Part shown: positions 46,579 through 55,266 of the stretch, in pieces
Numbering within the stretch: the stretch's first letter is position 1
Layout of the letters: every line of letters begins with the position of its first letter
Virus record (IMG/VR): IMGVR_UViG_3300033149_004566
Span: 1 to 64,000 of that record
DNA: 64,000 nt
Origin: a virus
Strand: one strand, 5' to 3'
Made by a program: the position numbers and the translations under genes
The notes under the pieces: generated by a model
Seen by the model: the letters and a program-made list of their open reading frames with translations, nothing else
What the model was told of the DNA's origin: nothing
The model's database searches: none

Positions 46579-49124
46579 TGACCGAACTGGTTGGAAAGCC
46601 CCCAGAAAAGCGCGATGAGCCCGGGGATTCAAAACAGTGGAATCTCCGCCGGCAAAAGGGACGCCCGGTTCCGTTTTCCGCAGAAATATACGAGCCGCAA
46701 ATGCAATACATTCCCATAGAGGAAATGATGGCGCGGCTCCGGACTAAGGGATACTTCAACAAGGAGCCGAAACGAAAAAAGGATTCCTTGCGCGATTACG
46801 GCGGAAACACCGACGAACGGAGATTTGATGCGAACAAGACCGGGCCGCCGCTGACAAAGAAAAAGCGCGGCGAGGCATGGTCTGATAGATACGTTGCTAA
46901 ATACATGGAAGAAGATGACATCGTTCAATCTGTCGAAGAATACGCGATTTTTGGAAGGGCGGAGAGAAAAAGAAAGGAAGCTAAAGAGCTCTATGCCAGG
47001 CCGGCAAGCTCTCTGGCGCGAAAAAAATTCGAGACATACCTGCAAAAATCAACTCACGTGGCTGGAACCAAGGCTCCATCCATTATAGAGGCTAACAAGC
47101 ATCTGATGACAAAGCTAAAGGGCGAGGGAGGATTCCAAGCCGTTTCGACAAAAAAATTAAAAAAATATCTCGAAGAGCACGCAAAGAGCGTTGAGAGCGC
47201 GTATGCCGGTGCCAAGATAAAGCCGGCAAACATCAAGGAGGGCATCGAAGAGATCCTTCAAATGAAGCGAAATCTACCCCTGGTCACCGGAACTAAAGCC
47301 CAAAAATTAGCAGGGCTTGGGCACAAAATAAAACAAACCGAAGCCGGCGTCAAGGTATCGGGCGGAAAGTTTAGAGACAGGAAGTACATTCCGGAGCCGT
47401 TAAAAAAGAGTGGAATGATTTCATTCGGCCAGGTTGAAGACATGCAGGAGCTCATGTCGAATTACAGCATCGGTAATCTCAAGATAGGTGCGAGGCCTTC
47501 TCTTCCGGAAAACACGATGATGAGCGACATCGTTACTTTCAACAAGGAGGCATTGAAGCGCGGCGAGGCCGTCATGGAAATAAATCCAAAATACAGGTCG
47601 ATGTTGACGAAAACCGAGTTGAAAACCATCACTAGAAAGGCGAAGAGCATTTTTGACCTTAAAAAATTGTCCGTGGAGCTGGAGCGAAAGCCCGAAGTTG
47701 GGGTCTTCTTTGACAAGTACAGGAAAAAAGCGGTCAACAAGATGAAAAATTATTGGAAGGCGCAGTACGACATGTATTTTGAAAGTCGATCCAATTGGAT
47801 AAGCAGCTCCAACGAAGCATTGAGCGGCAGAAATCCGTTGGTTGAGGCGGGCCTTCCGGAAGATTATAAAAGTCCCGGATTCACGACTCCTTTCATGATG
47901 ACCGACTCGTCCGTCAGGCTTGAAGAGTGGTCTCCTTTGACCGGAGATCCGTCTTCCGTGGAAACATACCTCGGATCCGATTGGGAATACGCGCCTCTAG
48001 TGAGCAACATGGTGAAAAATGCCATTAGCATGTTGCCGCAGATGAGTGACGAGGACAGGCAGCGAAACGTCGCCAAGTTCACGGCCGTTGCCATGCAGAT
48101 GTGCGGGATGTATTTCGATCCGGATTATCCGCCCGTTGCATTCTTTCCGAAGTCCGAAAGAAAGCGGGTTGCGGAACTGGACAGGCAGATCGTGGACATC
48201 GAGAAAGTCGTGGCGAGGGATTGGTCAAAGTATCCCGACATGAAGAAAAGATACGACAAATTGAGGGACGAATGGGTCGATTTGTCCAAGAGATATAGAG
48301 AAGCATTGATGAATTCAATGTTGAAAGCGGGAGAGGGTGGCGTTGCTAACGTATTATCATATACCATTGATAGAAACGATCCTCAAATCGTGCAGTGGGA
48401 CGAAATCGTGCAGGGGTTTCGGAGAGTGATGTCGACCAAGGAGAACGAGATGCGGGAGCTCGAATACAAGCTCTTGGGATATATGGATCCGTCCAAGCGC
48501 GATCATCTCAAAAAATTAAAGGACATGAGAAAAAACATTGCCGCAAAGTTGGACATCAAGGATTATCTGAGTTCAAATCCGATCAGTTTTGATGTCAAGA
48601 ATGACGTGATCGAAAACCTCAAGAGAGTTTACGAGGAAACCATGTCGTTTGCCAATCATTTCAACATTGATCCCGACATTGCAAGCGCGGGGTTGGAAAA
48701 ATTGATAGTGAAGAAAAAACGAAGGTTTAGATCTTCAAAATACGAGCCGCTGGATGTAAAAAAGATGTATGAAAGCGTGGCACAGTACGAAGTCGATGAT
48801 AAGGGCAATAAGAAAGAAAATGTCAAGAGCAAAAAAACCGAGACCGCGGAGGAAGATCGTGCCACTACAAGATTAAAAGAACTGGCATTAAAAGCTTCGC
48901 AGACCATACCGAAGCCGATGCCGACCCAGCAATCTTTATTGGACATACAATTATTCCTTCAGCAAAATCCGGTTAGCGATGATCCGGCCGTTAATGAGGA
49001 AGTCTACAAGCACCTCGAAAACCTGGCCGGCATAGCACAGGCCGTTGCACAAAAAACTGGAAACTGTTACGTGATAAAAAGAGTGACGTGTGGCGGCGTT
49101 GAGGGGGGCGTTCAGGCTGAATGA
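46578..49124 (+). CDS. Large mosaic hypothetical protein (putative internal virion protein)
   Basis: 848 aa; alternating basic and acidic segments; no recognised domain. Confidence 0.75.
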   Translation: MTELVGKPPEKRDEPGDSKQWNLRRQKGRPVPFSAEIYEPQMQYIPIEEMMARLRTKGYFNKEPKRKKDSLRDYGGNTDERRFDANKTGPPLTKKKRGEAWSDRYVAKYMEEDDIVQSVEEYAIFGRAERKRKEAKELYARPASSLARKKFETYLQKSTHVAGTKAPSIIEANKHLMTKLKGEGGFQAVSTKKLKKYLEEHAKSVESAYAGAKIKPANIKEGIEEILQMKRNLPLVTGTKAQKLAGLGHKIKQTEAGVKVSGGKFRDRKYIPEPLKKSGMISFGQVEDMQELMSNYSIGNLKIGARPSLPENTMMSDIVTFNKEALKRGEAVMEINPKYRSMLTKTELKTITRKAKSIFDLKKLSVELERKPEVGVFFDKYRKKAVNKMKNYWKAQYDMYFESRSNWISSSNEALSGRNPLVEAGLPEDYKSPGFTTPFMMTDSSVRLEEWSPLTGDPSSVETYLGSDWEYAPLVSNMVKNAISMLPQMSDEDRQRNVAKFTAVAMQMCGMYFDPDYPPVAFFPKSERKRVAELDRQIVDIEKVVARDWSKYPDMKKRYDKLRDEWVDLSKRYREALMNSMLKAGEGGVANVLSYTIDRNDPQIVQWDEIVQGFRRVMSTKENEMRELEYKLLGYMDPSKRDHLKKLKDMRKNIAAKLDIKDYLSSNPISFDVKNDVIENLKRVYEETMSFANHFNIDPDIASAGLEKLIVKKKRRFRSSKYEPLDVKKMYESVAQYEVDDKGNKKENVKSKKTETAEEDRATTRLKELALKASQTIPKPMPTQQSLLDIQLFLQQNPVSDDPAVNEEVYKHLENLAGIAQAVAQKTGNCYVIKRVTCGGVEGGVQAE

Positions 49125-49635
49125 GGCGTTTCCCGATTCTAACATTAAAAAGGTGAAAAAAGAATTAAAAAAAGAAGAGCGCGGTGAAAAAAAATTGAAA
49201 CAACAATTTGTCACTAAAGATAGAAAGGTCATGTTGGGCAAGGAGAGCAAGATTGGGCCAATTTCTGAGGCTCTTGAAGATTTCATTTCAAATCAACAGT
49301 ACGATGAGGCCGCCGAATATAAATTCGTTGATAAAACGCCGGATATTCCGATAAAGTTCATGCCCGGGTTGACATGCAATGCGTCAGACTCTTTCTATTA
49401 TGGAATGGGAGTTTATCCTGGACAGGCGGCTTGTGCCATGTACGAGAGATTCGGCATGTGTGGTAACTGTCCGAATGCCATCATGATGATGTCGCATCCG
49501 CTTAAAAAACCCAGCAGGCCATCGATAAGCAAGCGATATCCCGGCGAGGTTTCGGAGGGAATGATAAAAGTTCCCATGGATGAAATGAATTCCGTAAAGA
49601 ACAGCGGAGGCCGCCAAAAATCAAGAAAAAAATGA
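49090..49635 (+). CDS. Hypothetical protein with Cys cluster
   Basis: Coupled ORF. Confidence 0.6.
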   Translation: MAALRGAFRLNEAFPDSNIKKVKKELKKEERGEKKLKQQFVTKDRKVMLGKESKIGPISEALEDFISNQQYDEAAEYKFVDKTPDIPIKFMPGLTCNASDSFYYGMGVYPGQAACAMYERFGMCGNCPNAIMMMSHPLKKPSRPSISKRYPGEVSEGMIKVPMDEMNSVKNSGGRQKSRKK

Positions 49636-49934
49636 AAGAATCCGAATACATGGAGTCCAATCCTGTAATACTCGACATGATACAGCAAGAAATGTGGGTA
49701 AGGGCTAGAAACAATCCCCAGCTCGGAAAAATGATGTACATGGAAAACATCAAGCTTCCGAAAAAAAAAATTTACCTTGAAAGCGGGTTGAGAAGAGAAA
49801 TACCGGTTGACGTGAAGCCCACGTTTAGCAGCCGATTGGATAGGATTTTGGCAAGGGGATTTGCTGGCACGAAATTGGAAGATGACTTTGTAAAATTGTT
49901 CTATGGGGGTAAGTTACCATCGAAGAAAAGTTGA
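49632..49934 (+). CDS. Hypothetical protein
   Basis: ATGA overlap. Confidence 0.6.
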   Translation: MKESEYMESNPVILDMIQQEMWVRARNNPQLGKMMYMENIKLPKKKIYLESGLRREIPVDVKPTFSSRLDRILARGFAGTKLEDDFVKLFYGGKLPSKKS

Positions 49935-50320
49935 TTGAAAAGGGCATGTGCCCTATTAGAGCCCCACATAGAGCTAAAAAAATACGTGCCATGATTTCCG
50001 AGTTTGGATTTCGGATAGGCGACCCCGAGCTCAGATCTCCTTTAACTATGGACTTGCTTTTGAAAAATAGAGAAAAAATTCAAAAACAAATTGCCGAAGA
50101 AACGTCAGAAACTGCTCTGGAAATGCTGAATAAATCTCTAAATAAATTGAATGACAGGATAAAGTATCGCGAGGAAATGTTGCGGACGGTTTTATATCCG
50201 AAGGGTAAAGTTCCTTTCTCGATACAAAAAAAGTTTCCGATGTCGTTCTGGTCTACTAAAGGTGGGTTGAGAAATGTTCAAACGGTTGGTGTGAGAAGGC
50301 GTGGACGTAAGAAGCATTAG
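49931..50320 (+). CDS. Hypothetical protein
   Basis: Overlaps terminase start. Confidence 0.6.
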   Translation: MIEKGMCPIRAPHRAKKIRAMISEFGFRIGDPELRSPLTMDLLLKNREKIQKQIAEETSETALEMLNKSLNKLNDRIKYREEMLRTVLYPKGKVPFSIQKKFPMSFWSTKGGLRNVQTVGVRRRGRKKH

Positions 50321-51989
50321 TCCGTTTTTGGATGATTTTCTAAAAAAATACGATTTCAAGGGCATGGATGATAACAGAATCATGAAGATGCTCTTGTCGT
50401 CTTTAGATTGGTCTACGTTTGCGGAAACGTGGTTTAGAAACCCAATAGATCCCACGCTACCATTAAAATTGGAAAAGTTTCAGCGCCGCATCATAAATTA
50501 TTTTCAATACGGCAAGTGCAGTAACATAATTGTCAAGTGCCCCCGTCAATTTGGTAAAACCACTCTCATATCGATATTGTGTAATTTAATTGCCATTTTT
50601 GATCCGGGTGCTAAGATAGGCCTATTTTCTACATCACACGACCAGTCCAAGGAGATATTGGGTAAGGTCAGGAAATTCATGAGAACGTCGGCATTTTCTT
50701 ACTTACTTGACGATAAAAGCGTTCAAACGCAAACCGAAATAAATTATAAGGATCCTCGCGGCCTTGGGCATGGGTGCAGGATTAAAGCGTATTCTAGTTC
50801 TGGCAAAACCGTTCGTGGCCCCGATTTGACTTACACGTTTATGGATGAAATGGGCCAAATGGACGACGACTTCGTAAATCAGGTTGTCCGTCCGATGGGA
50901 AGGGCTGTTGGAAAGAAAGAACTCGGGGCAAGCACTCCTTTCGGTACGAGGGGCGAGTTTTGGAACTCACATGAGAAGCCGTATCATTGGGAATGTCAAT
51001 CGTGTCATGCTAAGGGCTTTGATGAACCACACCCTTACACGTGCCCGAAATGCGGCGGTTCAGTTCAGACTCTTGGCCAATATAAAGTGTTTGATGTTTC
51101 ACCTCTTGACGTGTCTTGGATCACGCCCGAAAAACTTGCGGCAGAAGCTGCACGTCTCGGCCCGATTGCAGCGCAACAGGAGCTGTTTGGAGAGTTTATC
51201 CCGGCCGGAGATACTTATTTTAGACACGACTGGATAGTGAATGCCAGGGTTTTCACGCCAGAGCAAAATTCAAGATTTTCATCCATGGGAAAACCGTATT
51301 ATACCTATTATCTTTCCACGGATTATGGTAAACAACGTGATAGAGGCGTGATCATGATAGGCCATTTTCAGGATGACGTGTTGTATCTGGATTGGGTCGA
51401 ATCACATCTAAAAATGCCGTATCCAAGATTTCAAGATAGAATGAAAACTCTTTGTGATAGATATAATGTTTCAGAGGCCATTTTGGATGGGAACGGTGTC
51501 GGAATTGCTCTCATAGATTATCTCCGCGAGGACGTGCAGGTGCCGATTTTTACCAACAAGCCCGATTTGGGCCCCGGATATAAGTACGGTAACAAGGAGA
51601 AATTTCAGATGTTGGAAGCTCTTGCCAACATGTTGATACGGAAGAGAGTTCGTTGGCCGTATCATGAAAATCACTCTGACCCGAGGCAGGAAATGTATGA
51701 GTTATACATGATGGAGCAGGAGCTCATCAATTATTCTTATGAATGGGGAAAATCGTCAATCATAATGGGAACTCAGAGCGAGCACGACGATAGGGTCATG
51801 GCTTTGGCACAGCTCGTTGGGGCAACAATGATGACACATTTTGACGATGTCATGCCGTATGGGGCTTCTGACGTGTCAAGAGATGATCGCGGATGGCCGG
51901 TTTTTGACGAGGTCGGGGAAGAATTTGACGTGATGTGGGTTGATAACACGACGGATCCGGAGTACGAAATATATGACACCATCTTCTGA
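50301..51989 (+). CDS. terL: Terminase large subunit
   Basis: PRQFGKTT, TFMDEM, ASTPFG, STDYG, LDGNGVG, HDDRV. Confidence 0.93.
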   Translation: MDVRSISPFLDDFLKKYDFKGMDDNRIMKMLLSSLDWSTFAETWFRNPIDPTLPLKLEKFQRRIINYFQYGKCSNIIVKCPRQFGKTTLISILCNLIAIFDPGAKIGLFSTSHDQSKEILGKVRKFMRTSAFSYLLDDKSVQTQTEINYKDPRGLGHGCRIKAYSSSGKTVRGPDLTYTFMDEMGQMDDDFVNQVVRPMGRAVGKKELGASTPFGTRGEFWNSHEKPYHWECQSCHAKGFDEPHPYTCPKCGGSVQTLGQYKVFDVSPLDVSWITPEKLAAEAARLGPIAAQQELFGEFIPAGDTYFRHDWIVNARVFTPEQNSRFSSMGKPYYTYYLSTDYGKQRDRGVIMIGHFQDDVLYLDWVESHLKMPYPRFQDRMKTLCDRYNVSEAILDGNGVGIALIDYLREDVQVPIFTNKPDLGPGYKYGNKEKFQMLEALANMLIRKRVRWPYHENHSDPRQEMYELYMMEQELINYSYEWGKSSIIMGTQSEHDDRVMALAQLVGATMMTHFDDVMPYGASDVSRDDRGWPVFDEVGEEFDVMWVDNTTDPEYEIYDTIF

Positions 51990-52746
51990 CTTGCGGCCGA
52001 AAATATCCCTTTTTACGTTATTGCCTTACGTGATTCAGGAGCATAAAGCCAAGCGTGCCGGCTTACACTACGACTTTCGCGTGAAGCGCGGCGAAAATGA
52101 TTGGGAATCCTGGGCGATAAGAAAGGGATTTCCGAAAAAGCCCGGGATAAAACATCTGGCCGCACCGACGCCGAGTCATGATGAATATTGGGCAAAATTT
52201 AGCGGCGTCATACCCAGGGGTTACGGCTCCGGTAGACAGAAAGTCGTTGAAAGCGGAAAAATAGACGTGATAAGGGAGCGAAAGAAAAAAAATAAATCGA
52301 TTACTTTCAAAAAGGGAAAAGATTATTACACCATGATAAAGTTAAAAAAGGGAAAAAATTGGTTGATTTTTAAAAACGAGTCGGTGAAGTGGCGCAGGAC
52401 GAAGAGCGGGGGCAAATTTCCGAAGATCGATGAGATGGAAAAGGGAATGCCAAAAATGACGAACAAGCAATATAAGGAGTTTTACAAGCGGATGTTGGAC
52501 TTGGGCTTGTTGAATCAATATAAAACGATTGGTAAGCCCATAAAACAGGATCATGGGGGCATACCCATAATAGAAGATGGAATGTCGGCTCTTTCGGCTT
52601 ATCCTACAGCTATAGGGGAAGTGTGTCCGAAATGTGGACACCCGGAAATAAAAACGTGGCAGCGTCAGACTAGATCTGCTGACGAACCGATGACGCAGTT
52701 TTTCAGATGTGTCAGGTGCGGATATACCTGGAGGGAATACGATTGA
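51973..52746 (+). CDS. LigD-type 3'-phosphoesterase fused to TFS/TFIIS C-terminal zinc ribbon
   Basis: VIQEH..LHYDFR..SWAIRKG..HLA....H...FSGVIPRGYGSG; CPKCG..QRQTRSADEPMTQFFRCVRCGYTWREY. Confidence 0.88.
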   Translation: MTPSSDLRPKISLFTLLPYVIQEHKAKRAGLHYDFRVKRGENDWESWAIRKGFPKKPGIKHLAAPTPSHDEYWAKFSGVIPRGYGSGRQKVVESGKIDVIRERKKKNKSITFKKGKDYYTMIKLKKGKNWLIFKNESVKWRRTKSGGKFPKIDEMEKGMPKMTNKQYKEFYKRMLDLGLLNQYKTIGKPIKQDHGGIPIIEDGMSALSAYPTAIGEVCPKCGHPEIKTWQRQTRSADEPMTQFFRCVRCGYTWREYD

Positions 52747-53054
52747 GCGTGACGTATAACGGTTACACGGCAATACAGCCGAGAGTCATGTTGAAAGAAT
52801 ATATTAAGAGGACAAATAATATTCCAGAAAGACGCGATGATAAATATGATAGAAATCCGAAAGGAAAACATGCTAAATTAAAAACAAAAGAACCGAAGAG
52901 ACCCAAATATGATAAGAGTAATAGTAAGCCCGGACTTACCGATGATCAGATTCGTGGAAACCCGAAGGATTGGAAAAATTATACGATCGTGTTAAAAAAT
53001 GTCAAAAAGATGCCGAAAATGGTTTTTGATCAATATGAGAGGTGTAGGGTTTAA
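52707..53054 (+). CDS. Basic hypothetical protein
   Basis: ORF between PE-TFS gene and portal; start uncertain. Confidence 0.5.
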   Translation: MCQVRIYLEGIRLSVTYNGYTAIQPRVMLKEYIKRTNNIPERRDDKYDRNPKGKHAKLKTKEPKRPKYDKSNSKPGLTDDQIRGNPKDWKNYTIVLKNVKKMPKMVFDQYERCRV

Positions 53055-54865
53055 TGGACGACGAATATGACGCATGGATGGACGTGTACAAGCCGGAAAG
53101 AGTTGAAATTGAGAATTATGAAGATATAAATGATCTTTCTAATAGCATCGTGTCCATGGAGGTTGGGTACGAAGTTGCCATAAATATAGAAGATACGGCA
53201 CAGGAAGACGTCAATTGGTATTATCAAACGCAGGACGAAGAAATACGCCGCCTGAAAAGGCATCTCATTAAAAAAACACCGCAAAATTTGAGTTGGGCGT
53301 TTTGGGAAGATGATACTGCACAAGCATTTGCCATGGTTATAACTTATACTATAATAGGTGATGGCATAAGAGTGCGACCGAGAAAGGACGGCTTGAAGAA
53401 AAAGAAAAAAGAAAAATTAGAAAGAATTATAGATGATTTCAATAACAATATCAACGAACGCGGAGAAGACGTGTATGATATAATTCATCAAGCCGTGATA
53501 GGTAACGTGATACATGGAAAACAATTATTTAAAAAGGTGTTTAGAAAAGATCCGTACACTGGAAAGGAATATTTGTCTCTTTATGAAATAGACATGAGAA
53601 CCATATCTGAACTTGTAAATCCCATTCATGGATACAGGAAGTTCGTGCAGGATCATTACATTAATGAAGAATTGCGCGACATTGATAGAAAAACATTCAT
53701 GGAAACGTACGATCCTTTTATAAATCCGGAAGATAAAAAAGTGATTAATATGGGAATTGCGAGGCACAGGGTTCCGGTTTATGATAATGAAGTTCTTTTC
53801 TTTAAATTTTATAAAAAGCCCCCAATGAGATCTATTGTTGATCTAATAGTTTATAAAAAATGGATTTATTATTTCATGAAACAGGCCGCCAAAGTTAGGG
53901 GCGTTCCGCCTCCAGTAATTACCGTTGGCAATCAGCAGAGCCATCCGACTTCACGTGATTATCCAAAGTATCTAAAAAGGGCCGCTCAAATTGGTGGAAA
54001 ATTAAAAAATTGGGATGCCCTTTCGATGCCTTGGAATTGGGCAGTACAGTGGATGGAAGGTGGAAGGCCGTTTGATTTCACGCCACATCTTCAATTTATC
54101 AATAGGAGAATTGTTTTCTCATTGCTCGGTTCGATATCTCTCTTGGAAGGCGCATCTGGAGAGCTTCATGGCCATGTCATAGAAACGGTTTGGCTTCGTG
54201 TAATTTCAGCATTTAGAAGAAAAATAGCTAGGGTGTTAGAAAAGTGCTACAATGAAGTACTCAAGATGAATGGCATCAACGAGGAAGTTGTCATTGAGTG
54301 GACGCCTTTACGTGAGCCCATTAGTAAAGCTGAAATTGCCGCGATATTATCATCGTTATTCCAATTGAATGCTCTGAAGGATGTTAATGAGTTACGTGAA
54401 TTATTTTCAAAGAATGGCATAATAGATTTGTCTCCGATGGATGAAGATGAAGAAGAAAAAGGCTACGCTGGTACCGGAGTTGAAGAATTGATAACGTCGG
54501 TTATGCCGGTACAAATGGAAAATAAAATATTAAAACAAAAACTCGAAGAATTTAGTAAAACTGGCGATTTCAATAGAAAACAAGTTCACGTGAAAAATTT
54601 AAAAAGAAGCCTGTCGATGTTGAACAATTCTTTGGGAACTGAACAGGCAAGACCCGAAAAAGCCGTGAAAAAACCGTCGATAAAAACTCCCATGAATCCA
54701 AAACCGGATTCACTTGGTCATTCATCTTTGAAGATACCATCTTTGAAGGTAAAAAAGGAAGGACAGCAATACATGGAAGCATCATCCGACGATGAAAGCA
54801 CGTGTTATGAGGAAGACGGCGTGAAAAAAGGATATTGCCCGGAGGAAATAAAAAATGGAAAATGA
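53054..54865 (+). CDS. Portal protein
   Basis: Size and position between terL and MuF; helical pattern with EVVIEWTPL near the end. Confidence 0.75.
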   Translation: MDDEYDAWMDVYKPERVEIENYEDINDLSNSIVSMEVGYEVAINIEDTAQEDVNWYYQTQDEEIRRLKRHLIKKTPQNLSWAFWEDDTAQAFAMVITYTIIGDGIRVRPRKDGLKKKKKEKLERIIDDFNNNINERGEDVYDIIHQAVIGNVIHGKQLFKKVFRKDPYTGKEYLSLYEIDMRTISELVNPIHGYRKFVQDHYINEELRDIDRKTFMETYDPFINPEDKKVINMGIARHRVPVYDNEVLFFKFYKKPPMRSIVDLIVYKKWIYYFMKQAAKVRGVPPPVITVGNQQSHPTSRDYPKYLKRAAQIGGKLKNWDALSMPWNWAVQWMEGGRPFDFTPHLQFINRRIVFSLLGSISLLEGASGELHGHVIETVWLRVISAFRRKIARVLEKCYNEVLKMNGINEEVVIEWTPLREPISKAEIAAILSSLFQLNALKDVNELRELFSKNGIIDLSPMDEDEEEKGYAGTGVEELITSVMPVQMENKILKQKLEEFSKTGDFNRKQVHVKNLKRSLSMLNNSLGTEQARPEKAVKKPSIKTPMNPKPDSLGHSSLKIPSLKVKKEGQQYMEASSDDESTCYEEDGVKKGYCPEEIKNGK

Positions 54866-54992
54866 TGAGGTTTATGCAACCGTTGTAAGATACGCGTGTA
54901 AGACACCGCATAAAAAAATACGATCCAAGGGAAAGGGACGCGGAAAAGCCAGGGGCAAGGGTAAAGGCCCGATTGGTATTCCTATAAAGTAG
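54855..54992 (+). CDS. 45-aa Gly/Lys-rich protein
   Basis: GGAGG SD; TPHKKIRSKGKGRGKARGKGKGPIGIP. Confidence 0.55.
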   Translation: MENDEVYATVVRYACKTPHKKIRSKGKGRGKARGKGKGPIGIPIK

Positions 54993-55002
54993 AGGTGTTA
55001 AA

Positions 55003-55263
55003 ATGGATTCATCCATATGGTTGATGGAAGTTGTTCGTCTCGAATCTGAAAAATGGAAAGACGAGGATACTGAGCCATCTGAAGGAATGTCTGAAGAGGA
55101 AAAATCTGAAGTTGTAAAAAAAGCGAAAAAAGGTAAAGATATCGGTAAAAAGGGAAAAAAATTTAAAGAAGTGGCTGAAAAAGCGGCAGAAAAGTACGGA
55201 TCTAAAGAAGCCGGTGAAAAAGTTGCTGCTGCCGCAATGTGGAAAAATTTGAAAGGTAAATGA
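55003..55263 (+). CDS. Small basic virion-associated protein
   Basis: KKAKKGKDIGKKGKKF...YGSKEAGEKVAAAAMWK; GAGGTG SD. Confidence 0.7.
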   Translation: MDSSIWLMEVVRLESEKWKDEDTEPSEGMSEEEKSEVVKKAKKGKDIGKKGKKFKEVAEKAAEKYGSKEAGEKVAAAAMWKNLKGK

Positions 55264-55266
55264 TCA

